Source of the DNA: Gekko japonicus
Taxonomy: Eukaryota
Assembly (NCBI RefSeq): GCF_001447785.1
Contig: NW_015172035.1
Location: forward strand, 436,818 to 500,817
Length of the DNA: 64,000 nucleotides
Reading direction: 5' to 3'
Part shown: one piece after another, positions 12,536 to 24,531 of the stretch
Layout of the letters: each line of letters starts with the position of its first letter
How positions within the stretch are numbered: the stretch's first letter is position 1
Position numbers and translations under genes: made by a program
The notes under the pieces: model-generated
What the model saw: the letters and a program-made list of their open reading frames with translations, nothing else
Databases searched by the model: none
Told to the model about the DNA's origin: nothing

Positions 12536-13743
12536 AGGGTGGTCCTACACATCATTATATATTTCCCTATAATTGTCCTAGAGTAACCATTCACTTCTGG
12601 ATTTTGTATGATTAAGACAATCCTGGAAGTGAATAATTATGATAGCACAATGATAGTGCAATGTTCAGCAATGTGTAAGTCCATCTGGTGTCTTTCAGGT
12701 GCCATGAGACTCTTTGTCATTTCATCAATTTAATATCATCTTACTCTTCCACCTTTAGTGAGATCTCTCATGGTTCTAGGTTTCTAAATAGGACTTTTAC
12801 CTTGAAATAGCCATTATAGCTCACAGATGATGATAGCAATTTAATCATATTTTCTGGTTGGTCCCAATCTGACAGTGTTCATCAGATGGTCAAGTGGACA
12901 TGGGCAAGGATAAGGCATATATGGCCTGAATGAGGGGTTTTCAGTCTTGTTGAGCCTATGAGGACTTTTGGAATTTTGAGAACCTGGATCCTCTACCACC
13001 ACAAAAAAGGCTTCTATGAGGGCTGGGGGCCATGACATGTGCCATGTGCAACAACCCACTCTGACGGCATAGCCTGGTCTTCAGCACCAACTCTTGGAGG
13101 AGTTGCCATGACTGAGGGAAAGGGCCCACACCAGTACTCTTTGACCTCCCCTTGCTACCTCCCTGTCTTCAGGATTGATTAATATTATCGCCACTAAGGC
13201 TTTGACTTTACTGAAGGGGAATACCTTGGATTTCCTCACTCATGGTTTAGTAAAAGAGGGTCTCAGGTTATTTTGGCTCTTTTTCAGTATGATGTGCCAA
13301 GATGTGGATACCTAGATCAGTCACAGGTAAGACAAACTCAACCACCCTAAGTTTGTCCCCCAAAACCGCTGTGCAAACTAACTCCACACCATAAGCCACA
13401 TGTCTCACTGTTAGAAATCCAGTTCCCAGGTATGTGGTGCCTCAATTGGGACTGGGACCATGGTGGTGGTGGGGAGCCTTAACTTTCCTCTGCACTATTT
13501 TTCTGAGACAAAATGGCCTCTAGAGGGCACTGTTTGACCTATTGGGGATGCAGTAGTGTCTATTGTAAAAAAATAGTTTGTCTAGTTTTGTCTTAAACAC
13601 TTGGCTTAAGCAGTAAACTCAAGCTTCCATGTTTACAAAGGAGCTATCAAAATAACACATAAAAATAATACAGCTAGCTGGCCTTCCCTTAACACAGCTA
13701 CTTGGTATTCTTTGCTTGGTATTCTTTGCTTGGTATTCTTTGC

Positions 13744-14015
13744 GCCAGTTTGGTGTAGTGGTTAAGTGTGCAGACTCCAATCTGTGAGAACCGGGTTTGA
13801 TTCCCCACTCCTCCACTTACAGCTGCTGGATGACCTTGGGCAAGCCATAGTTCTGTCAGAGCTGTTCTCTCAAGGACAGTTCTGGAAAGAGCTCTCTCAG
13901 CCCCACCTACCTCACAGGGTGTCTGTTGTGGGGAGGGAAAGGGAAAGAAGATTGTAAGCCGCTCTGAGACTCCGAGTGAAGGGCAGGGCATAAATCCAAT
14001 CTCCTCCTCCTCCTC
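13744..14015 (+). mobile_element. Squam3 SINE
   Basis: gccagtttggtgtagtggttaag head, B box ggtttgattcc, CORE segment, (cct)n tail. Confidence 0.9.
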
Positions 14016-15337
14016 GCTGGAAACCACAGCCACCCTGGCTGTTCGAATCAAGCCTCCAGTAACTTACATAAAAAAGAGATTTCCCCCCAACTGTCACCCG
14101 TGACCCCTGGCAATGCTCTCTTCACTGGCTGTCTTACCTAGTCATGACACAGGAATCTGGACCATGGGGAGGTTGCAAGCCAAGCATCCTCCAGTGATGC
14201 AGGCAGCTGTTCCTGAATGGATGCTCCCAGCAGGCACAAAGGTGATGCCTCCTGGGTTATTCTGAAGCCACTCCTGTTCCAGGATGAAAGGTGGAGGAAG
14301 AAGGAAAGAGGGAGGAAAGCCAGGACCTGGCTATCTATTTTGAGGATGAAGCAAATGGATGTCAGGAAAGTCATTGATGGGTGTCAGAGCACCCATGATC
14401 CCCAGAATGGGGATCACTGTCTTGAGTCGTGTTGTAGGCATGGTGGACTGTGTGAGAGCCTTTGTACATACTCTCCTATCATGCTCACAGAGGAGCATTC
14501 TGTTAATTTTAACTTCTAATCGCGTGTTGAAAGACTCTGCTAGGTTAGATCCCAGAAATTCTGGGTATTGTGGGAATGTATGCCAGAAGCAGAAAGTAGG
14601 GGCTCAGACCTGAAAAACAAAAACAACCTGGCTCTTCTTGAAAGATCTCTGAATTCCCTGCTCCCTTTCAATATCCCTCTGTGTCATTAAGAAATGACAT
14701 TTCTATTTACCTGCTTTAGAAAAGTAAATCATTTTTTTTACAATTGAAATCAAGTATACAAATAATAAAAAGCTCTGTTCAACATGATAGTTCTGTACAT
14801 TAGAAATGTCATGTTCAAAATGATTCAAATAAAAACAGGAAGCCTTCCGTTTTGTGTCACCAAGACAATTCTGTTTATCGGCTCCATTAATTTAATGGTC
14901 AAATAACACCGCCCTCCCCTCCCCTCTCCAGCAGCACCCTCGCACCACTCACAAACTCCTGTTAATGTGAAGAGATGTTATCAGCATTATTTTATGTCCC
15001 CTTTATTGTTCCCCATAAAATCCTGTCACTAGGGATTAAAACGAATAGGTTTGTGTGTTTGGCCTAGACACTTTGAAATGATATTTAAAAAATAATAATG
15101 CCTGTTTCTTTTTTCCATTAGTTGATAGTGTTTGTTATACGGTTCTTGAAAAGACAAAACAGGAAGACCTGAATATGATGTTTTCCAATACCATTTGCAG
15201 CATTTGCAAGCTGAAGTAAATATCAAAAACTGACAAATGTGCCCTTTCAGGAACATTCCTGTCAACACGAAGCAATCACACAAGCATGTCTGCTGTCAAA
15301 TCACAACCAGCTTATGGCAAGTGTAGCAAGGGGCTTT

Positions 15338-15476
15338 CAAGGCAAGTGAGAAGCGCAGGTGGCTTTGCCATTGCCTCCCTCAGCAGAGTCTTCCTTGGCG
15401 GTCTCCCATCCAAGTATGACCCAGCGGACAAGAGCTGAGCTTCTGAGAGATGAGACTGGGCTATACCACGCTATTC
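15338..15476 (-). mobile_element. 5S rRNA-derived SINE fragment (5S-Sauria type)
   Basis: Minus strand tacttggatgggagaccgcc matches the 5S internal control region, followed by the BovB-like ggcaatggcaaagccac. Confidence 0.7.
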
Positions 15477-15643
15477 CACATCCAATGGCAAATGATGACC
15501 TCAAAACAAACATTATTTCAGCAGTCCCCTGCTGTGCTGTAGTGTCCACCTGTTTCCTGGTGCCCACTGTTCTGTAGAACTGGCCCCAACTGTTCTGTAG
15601 AACTGCCTGTCAGCAGCGCTTTATTTAGAGAAGGAAAAGCAAG

Positions 15644-16215
15644 ATGAAGGTTCATTTTACCATATGTGGTGGACTTGTGCGAAAGCTGTGGATTTTTGGA
15701 CAAAAATTCATAGCGAAATGCAAAATTTTTTAAAAAGTACATTTAAAAAAGAACTAGAAATTCTACTCTTAGGATTTAAAATGGAAGAAGTAAATGTAAC
15801 AAAAAAGACTATGCTTTGGTACTTGATAATGACGGCAAGAATGGTATATACACAATGTTGGAAGCAAGAGAGAATACCAGAAATAGATGAAGGGATACGT
15901 AAAGTACTGTTCATGGCAGAGATGGATAAAATCACAAGAAAATTGAACAACAAAGAAGATCAAGAATTTTTTGAAGAATGGAACGACTTTAAAGACTATT
16001 TGGAGAAAAACTGGGATGTAAAACAAAATGTGTTATGTTTAGAGCAATATTGAGATAAATTAATGTTATCTGGAAATATACTGGTGGGACAAAGGGAGAA
16101 GCATTGCGGGAAGCCAACGCGAGGGGCAGGGAGGAGTGGGAATATGGATATGGATTAATTGAAATAATACTGAACATGTTGTTATATCCAAAAATAAAAC
16201 TTTTTAACAAAAAAA
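15644..16215 (+). mobile_element. 5'-truncated L1-clade LINE (ORF2 C-terminus plus 3' UTR)
   Basis: ORF 15664-16053 preceded by H giving HMWWTC..FW, typical L1 ORF2 cysteine-rich tail; aataaa and A tail; 17 bp TSD agagaaggaaaagcaag at 15627-15643 and 16216-16232. Confidence 0.88.
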
Positions 16216-16576
16216 AGAGAAGGAAAAGCAAGCTCATTCATGGTACAGCGAAAGTGTTACATTTATGAAGCTTCTGTGTTAGGAATACAGAACGTTCTTC
16301 TCACAGAAGATTATCTTTGAATGTTGCAAAGCTTTTGTGCTTCTCAGCAATTCATTGTACTCTTCAGTAAAACAACAGACTTATGCAGATTCAGCAAAGA
16401 ATATGTCCTGCTTGCCAATTCTCCCGTTGCCACCTCCCTGTGAAAACAGGAGCCTCTCCCTGTAAGGACAGGAGCTTCTCCGGGTGTGCCCTGCAGAAAT
16501 TTTCCTGTTCCCAGCAGAGATTTTCCTATCCCCACAGTTAGGTTGATGACTGGCAACTGACTGCATTACAAGGTGC

Positions 16577-17891
16577 TAGAGCGCCCATTCCCCAGGTCTG
16601 GGTGGGGGTTCTTTTGGTTTTCAGGGCTTCTGTCCACTGCCAGCCAGCTGGCCAGTGGGGGAAACCCCACTCCCAAACACCAATGTGTTGGGTTGACTGT
16701 GGGCTGCTCTCTTACCCACATGGCGACCCGTCTTCTCTCTAAGCTGAGTTAGTGTGAGCTAGCTCACTATTTTTTAGCCTCCAGCTCACACATTTTTGTC
16801 TTAGCTCAGGGAGGAGGGCTCCAGAGGAAACTGATTTATGCCAGTGGCTCACAAAGGAGATTTGTCTGCTCACAAGACTCCACGGCCTAGAGGGAGCATT
16901 GATTGGTGACTCCGGGACAAAGGCTGGGAAGGTGGACGCACAGAGGGTGAGGCACACAGGAATCCTTCCACCTCCCGTACTGATCACCGCACCAGGAAGG
17001 CCAGCTGGGACACACAACAACACTGCAATGGAGGGAGGGATCCTCACTCTTGTCACTCCCCCGCACACCCTTGGTCAGCCATTGTGAGCAGTCAGCTGAT
17101 CAGATGGAGGGAAGGAGCCTTGCCCCTGATCTTGCCCCTGGCGTTTCCCCTCCCCCTTTGTGGCTTGCTAGTGTAACCTGAAGATGAGCTGCATCACAGG
17201 CTCAGGTGTCCAGCGGCTGGGAAGCCAGACTCAGTTATGACCAGCCCTGCCTTTACAGCCACTGCCTTTGTTGCTGGGGCAACCGAAGGGCTGCTCGCCC
17301 TGTGACCCTGTCCCACCTTCTCTTGGGCACAGCCCCCCTCACTGCACCAGCACCTTCGGTGCCAGTGGCAGCACCAGCAGCTGGCCTGCTCGCTCAGTGG
17401 CTCTGCAGCTCACGATGAGGCTTTCTGCACTGTGCCACTTGGCTTGGAGACTGGCCACAGCAGCAGTGAGGTGGGCTGTGAGGAAAAGTGGTGGCACTCA
17501 AAAGCTCCTCAGCCCTGGCAAGGTCTGCCTCACATTCTTGCCCCACCAGGGGATATGCAGCACATGGGACTGCCTGGTGAAGCAGATAGGTGCCCAAGAT
17601 ACTGGGTGGTTGCAAGGCTCACTGGCCTGGTAAGTGCATGCCCTGGGCATCGGGGGGGTGGGGGTGAACTGCCTGCTACTGCTGCTGCCCCACCCCATTC
17701 CTTTGTGCTTCCCTGCTCTGGTCCTCTTGCTCACCTTTGCACATGGGTTGGTTGGGTGACGCCAGCGATGAGCAGCATTGCCAACATGATGTAACCTCTG
17801 GGTGACATCATCACATCGGGGACATCCTGCCCACTCCCGGAACACCCCCCAAATTCCCCTGCCGGCATGACAAGGGGACCTGGCAACCCTA
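16577..17891. mobile_element. Long non-autonomous hAT element (TAGGGTTGCCA-type TIR) with internal cargo
   Basis: Right TIR tggcaacccta, degenerate left TIR tagagcgccca; exact 8 bp TSD caaggtgc at 16569-16576 and 17892-17899. Confidence 0.75.
16736..16901. mobile_element. hAT-type MITE (cagtgttccctctaag family), left end clipped
   Basis: Homologous to 25673-25859; ends tagagggagcattg. Confidence 0.7.
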
Positions 17892-19120
17892 CAAGGTGCT
17901 GAGCTCATCTCAGGCACACGAGTCACATCTGTTTTCCTAGGCTGACCATAGACACAGAGCCATTGCAGCTACATAACAAACTGAGCATCCTGACTACAGA
18001 CTAAAATCCCTTGTCGTGTAATCATTCAGATATGTCTCTGTCGATCCCATATCTCTGACTGCAAAAAGACATAATGGGAATCTGTAAAGCTGCACACTAC
18101 CGGTATGTCTTCTGTGACAACTGAATTGTTTGCAGATTATTGTGAAGACGATGGATTTTCCTCCCATTCCCTCAAATAATTTACCTTGCTTTTCATATGA
18201 AACTATCTCTGTCAATGAGCTCATCAATAACTCATCATCTTTGGGTCCTTTCCTCTTTCTTTGTATATCAGTTTATAAATACAGGTACTGTCTTTTGATT
18301 GCTTTGTAATGAATTCATCACAGTTTTCTGGATGTTTTATAAAATCCTCCCATGATGAGGCACATTTGAATCAAATGCTTCAATTAGATTGTATGTGATA
18401 GTTTTGGCTATGAATAAAAACAACACACTTAAAGATAACTCACAGTCAAACTCACTATTCTGCACCACCGAGAAAAACACATTCTGCAAGTTTATCACAA
18501 GCAGAATACATTGTGTCAACAGTGCATAGCCGACTCACCATGTATTGATTGGCTGATGCCAGTAGAAATTATTTCAAATGTCTTATCCCGACTGTTTCAA
18601 TCTGCTTTGTTTTCCCTTTGTCAGAATCAAGCCTGTGATTCTTTATTTTCTACGATTTTCTGTTTCTTTGCACCAAATTTTCCTCCTACAGTGTACATAT
18701 TCCAGAATGTTATTTTTATATATTATGCAGATATTATATATAAAAATTATGTACATTGTAAGTATACAGTATAAATTGCATAAATACCCATAGGACACAG
18801 TACAAATAAATGTATGAAACCAGCTCTGACAGGCAAAGAACTGAAACCATTGCCAAAAACATAAATGGACATTAAAAGAAATATATGGGTGCATTTGCTT
18901 AATGTAGCAACAGGACTATAATTTCGAGACATTCCTTTGTATTTGACAGTACTAAAGAACTGGTAATTTGAGGACCTGCCCTAAGATCACATGACCTTAG
19001 TTCTAGAACAAGGCTTAGAGACTGCAGTTTTAGTTGCTGTTAAAATTAAATATATTGTAAGCCATTCCTTATTCAGTCTCTTTGTAGACCCAGAAAAATT
19101 ACAGCTAGAGTCTGGAAAAC

Positions 19121-19203
19121 AAAGTTTGAGTCCAGTGGCACCTTTAAGACTAACAAAGTTTTATTCAAGGTATAAGCTTTTGTGTGCACGCACATTTCTT
19201 CAG
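19121..19203 (-). mobile_element. Penelope-like terminal repeat fragment with decayed hammerhead core
   Basis: Minus strand ctgaagaa-tgtgc-gt-gcacac-aaaagc, then aataaa and ttagtcttaaaggtgccactggactc, similar to the PLE end at 46847-46912/47209-47241. Confidence 0.65.
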
Positions 19204-19282
19204 TTCAGTTCCCTAGTCCCCCACACGAAGCCAGCTGGGTGACCTTGGGCCCATCCCAGTTCTTTCAGAGTGCTCTCAGCCC

Positions 19283-20708
19283 TTAAAAACAAGTCTAGCT
19301 CCCCACTAGCTCCCCACAATGCTAGGATCTAGAACTTACAGCTGCCAGACAATCCTAGGATCTCCTGCCTATTCTACACACAATGCCATAAGATAATTAA
19401 TTAATTAAGCCCTTTTAGATTAAATGTCAAACGGAAGAGATGAATGTCGATCATAAAAAAACCCTGATTGAGAGTAGGGAGACGTAGGCTACATGCTGGG
19501 TGACCTGATTGGAAGAGTTTGGGGTATCTCCCATAAGGAACAGGCTTCCTAACTGTGGATTGGAGGGAGGTGTTCATCAAAGCAGGCAAAAAGGTTTAAA
19601 AGGTGGATTTTCCCTTTGTTCTTTGTTCCAATATTTTGCCCAGATGCTGTGATCTATGCTAGGATCCAGACTCCTCTGCAAAGGGGCAGTAGGGAGTTTG
19701 GGGGGTGGAGGTGTTTGCTCCATCTAAGGTAACTGGCTTGTACTGTAACATAGCTAGATTCAATTTTTCTTGTATTCTTTTGCTCAGATCTAACCTCTAC
19801 ACATGACTGCTATTTTCTATATATGTGCTCTAGTTTAATCTTTAGTAATAAAACTTATTTCCTGTTTAAGAAAGTAGACTGTGATTTGGATCCTTCCCAC
19901 TGTCCCGATCCGGAGGTCGCGGGACAGACAGACCAGGAACCGGGCCCCTCAACAGACTCCTCAGGACCCCCCACACATAACCTACCAGATGGAACAAACG
20001 CCGAGGATCCTTGGAGAGGGTCGGGAGCAGCTGACACCCCCCAGTCCCGCCGTGTTGGCCAGGCCCGGAGGCAAAGCCGGGACCCGCGGGAAGATGCCAT
20101 GAAAGAAGAGGAAGGCGGCGGCGGCTTCACTGGCGAGACGAGACTGGGCACAGAGTAGAGGGAATGGCTGCAAATCGGTGCCAGCAGTCACCCCTGAGAT
20201 GCCCCGTCGATGTCCAGGCTGATAAAGGAGGGCGGGGCCAGAGTCGGGGAGAGGATGGGAGGTGCTGGGAGCGGGGCGGGGAGATAAAAGGCAGAGCTGG
20301 GAAAGGGGCCAGGGAGGAGGCATGTGCTACGGAGCTGACTGGGGCTGTGGTACAGAGAGAAGGAAAACGGCTGAGAGAGAAAGAGAATCCAGTAGCGCAC
20401 TGGCAGAGGGACTCTTGGAGTGATGTTAGCCCTGTCCCCTGCCTGTCTGAGGCCCCGCACTCCCTCTCCCTTTTTGAGCACCCAACACTCCTAGGACCGT
20501 CTCCTTGATCTGAGGTGGATCACGGACACTGACGCCACGGACACCGGGGGCGCCATTCAGGAGCAGCAGGGAGAGCCTGACACCCACATGCCAAGATCAT
20601 TCTTACATGCTAAGAGCATGCATGTGTGGGGGGAAGTAAACAGAAAGCTCTGCCCTTTGTACTTACTCAGAGGCAGGCTTACTGGGGTTCCCCAAGGTAC
20701 TGGTTACA
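19283..20708 (+). mobile_element. ERV-like LTR (5' end uncertain), interrupted by a second solo LTR
   Basis: TATA-like ggtttaaaagg ~19592, donor-like aaggtaact ~19726, aataaa ~19847, ends ggttaca at 20708. Confidence 0.55.
19901..20582. mobile_element. GC-rich solo LTR
   Basis: tgtc...gaca termini; exact 5 bp TSD cccac at 19896-19900 and 20583-20587; many intact CpGs. Confidence 0.85.
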
Positions 20709-21026
20709 TGATAGGCCAAGTATTATATCTTGGGGTGGTAGCATGAAGAGAAACATGCTTTCACATGCAGGCAACTATGCAACACACATGTAAGAACACA
20801 CAGACCCAGAGCTGGTTTGTGACGGTATTTATATGACACTCAATCTGCCTTTGCCCTCCCAGTATATCTGAAGCTTGGCTCATCATGCCACCGTTGACTG
20901 ACTACCTTGACCAGCATTGTACAACATGATTCACAAAGTTATCCTTAGATAGATTACTAGGGACTGTGGTCTATACTATTGTGTATAGCTTGCTGAAACT
21001 AGGATTATGCTACATTATTTTTGCAT

Positions 21027-21372
21027 CAGTGGTGGCTCAAGTGGTTAAGATGCTGAACTGCAGGCTGTGGAAGGTCGGTAGTTCAGCAGTTCAAGACCCG
21101 AGTGTGCTGCATGATGGAGTGAGCTCCCATCTCTAGTTCAAGCTCCTGCCAACCTAGCAGTTCGAAAGCACGAAATTGCAAGTAGATAAATAGGTACCAC
21201 TTCAGTGGGAAAGTAACAGTGTTCTGTGCGCCTTGGTGTTTAGTCATGCTCACCACATGACCACGGAAATGTCTTCGGACAGTGCTGGCTCCTTGGCTTT
21301 GAAACGGAAATGAGCACCGCAACCCTAGAGTCGGACTCAACTGGCTTTCGAGCAAGGGAACATTTACCTTTA
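21027..21372 (+). mobile_element. Sauria SINE, full length
   Basis: Homologous to 4034-4379; tRNA-like A/B boxes and tttaccttt tail. Confidence 0.9.
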
Positions 21373-21389
21373 TTTAATGTGTCATGTTA

Positions 21390-21566
21390 AAACTTTCACT
21401 TTGCTTCAGTTCTGTTGTTGAGACTTCTGGTTGGTTCTACAACCCTCATCATAATGCATTGTTTATTGAATGTACCATCCCGTTGATCGTATTGACTCAC
21501 TCTGTGTAATCCCCCATGAGTCCAAGCTGAGAAATGTGGACTATAATAACATTGATAAAAATAAAG
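21390..21566 (+). mobile_element. L2-type LINE 3' end
   Basis: tgtaatcccccatgagtcc...gtggactata plus A-rich tail resembling the L2 3' stem-loop terminus. Confidence 0.5.
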
Positions 21567-21971
21567 GATCAAAAGCATAAACAGAATGAGTTAATCCAAG
21601 TTCACAGCTTGATTGGTTCAAGCATGGACTATCAACCTTTATTCATAACTTCAACCTTCTGCTGTATTTCTGACTCTGAACATGCAATTGAGAGGCGGGG
21701 TCTACGGTGCAACGATGGCGGACGCCTTTCCCGAGGCTCGGGGAGGGCGCTCCGCACAGCAGCGGAAGGGAGGGGTGCCGCTGGATCAGTGCTTCCACGG
21801 GGGGTCAGGGAGGCTCCCCAGGCCATAGGGCTTTTGAGGGTGATTCTAAATGGATACTTGGAAGCAAAAAGCTGTGGGAGATATCCATGAGTATTTAAGC
21901 GACTAAACAGCATGTAAGCGATTTTCAGAGCTGGGGAGAAAACAATTTTATATTGGAATTAAAGTGTAAAA

Positions 21972-22361
21972 ATGGTGGACACTCCAAAAAAATCAGCGAA
22001 AACAACTGCGAGAAGAAGGGAAGTGAAAGTTATAGAACTCATAGCAGAAGCCACCAAGCCGATTATTGAGCAACTTGTTGGTATTAACCATCAGCTTGCC
22101 AAGATAAATCAACAACTCGTGTCCCGGCAGCTGCAGTTGGCAACAATAGCTGAAAAGATGGAACAGAGGGCTGTCAAAGCAAAAGAGATGGACACTAAAA
22201 CTAACAGCGATCTCAAAGAGACAAGGAGGGAAAGCATGAGAGAAACAGAAAAGATTTACAAGGACTTAACTCCTTCCCGGCAGATGTTTTTAGAAAGTGT
22301 TGTCTTAAATTCGGCTGATAGAAAAGAGCTTGAACCTGACCTAAAGATCAAGAAGCTGTGA
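21972..22361 (+). CDS. 129 aa basic N-terminus plus coiled-coil protein, resembling an L1 ORF1p N-terminal region
   Basis: ATG in good context (aaaATGG); heptad-like IEQLVGINHQLAKINQQLVSRQLQLATIAEKMEQ; lies inside the TSD-bounded element. Confidence 0.5.
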   Translation: MVDTPKKSAKTTARRREVKVIELIAEATKPIIEQLVGINHQLAKINQQLVSRQLQLATIAEKMEQRAVKAKEMDTKTNSDLKETRRESMRETEKIYKDLTPSRQMFLESVVLNSADRKELEPDLKIKKL

Positions 22362-22517
22362 GATGCCACTGGGCCCCGAGGATAAGGCCAAGAAGGAAGA
22401 TGCTTAAGATTGGTGGTGTTATCCCTTTGGAGATGGAGGAGGGTTGCAGAATTTCGAGTGAACGTCTAAGAAGCCATCAAGACTTTAGAGAGAATTAGCA
22501 TAGATGTAAAGGCGGAA

Positions 22518-22743
22518 CCTGCCATCCTAGCAGTTCCAAAGCAAGAAATTGCAAGTAGATAAATAGGTACCACTTCGGTGGGAAGGTAACAGCATTCCGT
22601 ACGCCTTGGTGTTTAGTTATGCCGGCCACATGATCACGGAAACGTCTTCGGACAGCGCTGGCTCTTCGGCTTTGAAATGGAGATGAGCACTGAAACCCTA
22701 GAGTCGGACTCGACTGGCTTTCGAGCAAGGGAACCTTTACCTT
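22518..22743 (+). mobile_element. 5'-truncated Sauria SINE
   Basis: Sauria body and tail; TSD taaaggcggaa / taaatgcggaa at 22507-22517 and 22744-22754. Confidence 0.88.
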
Positions 22744-24261
22744 TAAATGCGGAAGGACTCTGAAAATTGCCCTTACGAAGACAGCTGGAGGAGATGCTCT
22801 GGAAATCTTCTCATAACAAGTGATAAACTAACACATAAGCTTAGAAAGACAGGATCTCACAAAGTATATTGTTTATTAACAGTTTTTTTCCCCAGTACTA
22901 ACTGCAGTCTTACAGGGTAGTGATCTCCTACTCTTGGGTTTTTAGTTTAGTGTGGGTTACTTTTCTTTCTCCTTAGTTGTAGTTCCCCTTCCCTTCTTTT
23001 CTTTGTAGTTTATGTAGTATTATAAAAAATAAAACAATCCCCTCCGGGGGTCTTAAAAAAAACCATGCAATTGAGATGCCATCATCGAAATTCAGGCTTC
23101 TCTTCAGACAAAACTTTTGCAGACATCTTTGGGGAAGGTAAAAAAAAGAAGACAGGTGACATTTCCATAAGAGGGTTTTTTTTACACAATGACAGTAGCT
23201 AGAAACCCACAATGATATTCGGGGCTATCGTCCCACCTTCATTGTTCCACGATACCATTACGCTTGCTGAACTTTTGACTTCTGAGCTGCCAAGCTCAGT
23301 GTAAATACGACACATCATTTTTCAGCTAAACACTCAGTCATCAGAAAGGAAGGCTCATTAATTCTCGGCTTCTTGCTGACATGCCGTTCTGTGAGAAAAG
23401 CAACACAAAGTAAGCCTAGTGTCGGTACAGTTCACAGGACAAGTGTGATGCTCCAAGCTCCCAGGGATTCTTATCTTTCTGCGACATCGAAGGCAGAGCA
23501 ACCATCCAGCTCCACTCGATTAATAATTAATATAAGGTCGTTATTTCAATTTATCTGAGAATTGCTTTAAGGAAATAGTTTCTAGAATAACCTTTTTTTG
23601 TGCTTCGGAGTGCTGCCATCCACAGCCTGTTAAAAGTAATTATTAATATTCTAGTTCAGCCTAGACAATGTTCTTTTGTCATTAAAAGTGTTGAAAGGGG
23701 GCGATCAATAAGCCATGGCTTTTTTTTTGGGGGGGGGGGCAGCAATGAAGAATCCCAAGGGCCAAGTCAGGAACCGCTTGGAATCTGGGAAGATATTCAC
23801 ATGGGGACAGTATATCCAACACAATTAGTTACTCAAATACAGTAAAATGTGTCGAGCATTGCTCCGAAATAAATTATGTATGTATTACTCCAAAGAACAT
23901 TGGTAATTTATGAATTTCTATTAAGCCTGTTTCACTCCATTTTTATTAAACTTGAGAGCTGTGACCTATCTAGAGATTCCAGTTAAATTAAGCTAATTAA
24001 AAATTAGAAACAGTGAGGGTGGAGAAGTAGGACGCGCAGCTAATGCACATTTAAATTAAGGAATAAAAAAAGAAATGGGCAGCAGTGTTTTTCTGTGGTA
24101 TAGCTAAAGTCTTGTCACCAGTCACACTGCATAACCCTTTGTTCTGCAGAAGTGTGGGACCCCCTCTGAGAAATTTTGCTAGTTTAGCCTCAGATGGTTT
24201 ATCCAAACAGGAATCTCAAAAGTCACCCTGAGCATCATTTTACAGATAGCTTAGTGTCATC

Positions 24262-24531
24262 AAGGATTGCTGTATGCCCACTCGGGGGTGGAAGTTCTCT
24301 TTCCCCTGGTGGGCCTTGCCCGTTGATACTCCAGTGACCAGCAGGATATTAAAAAAAAAATCACTATTGGTAAAACCATAGAGATTTCAGTGATTCCTAA
24401 AGAGGCAAGATATCACTTCTGGGGTTTCCTGGAAGTGAAATCATGCCATCACTGATGGCCTCCCCCATATCCTTGCTCCCTGGTCTCCAGACCTGGTCTC
24501 CAGTGCTGCCAGACTGGGCCTGGCAACCCTA
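24262..24531. mobile_element. hAT MITE (TAGGGTTGCCA type)
   Basis: Right TIR tggcaacccta; exact 8 bp TSD gtgtcatc at 24254-24261 and 24532-24539. Confidence 0.8.

Larger units (their letters stand above)
21694..23062 (+). mobile_element. Short L1-like non-autonomous element with one coiled-coil ORF (HAL1-like)
   Basis: CpG-rich 5' UTR (gatggcggac), ORF 21972-22361, T-rich 3' UTR, aataaa, A8 tail; 13 bp TSD catgcaattgaga at 21681-21693 and 23064-23076; no RT motifs. Confidence 0.75.

Noticed and set aside
12860-13420. Possible DIRS tyrosine-recombinase remnant (LDFLTHGL..GLR)
   Set aside because: One short degenerate motif; no other DIRS domains or termini could be supported.
13744-13815. 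tRNA gene
   Set aside because: A/B boxes run into SINE body with no acceptor stem or terminator; applies to all Squam3 and Sauria heads.
19121-19203. Active hammerhead ribozyme (also ~46847 and ~55849)
   Set aside because: The GAAA core or stem II is mutated and the upstream cleavage triplet/stem is missing or unclear; reported only as Penelope relics.
19901-20582. CpG-island promoter of a host gene
   Set aside because: Bounded by TG..CA and a 5 bp TSD, so a young solo LTR.
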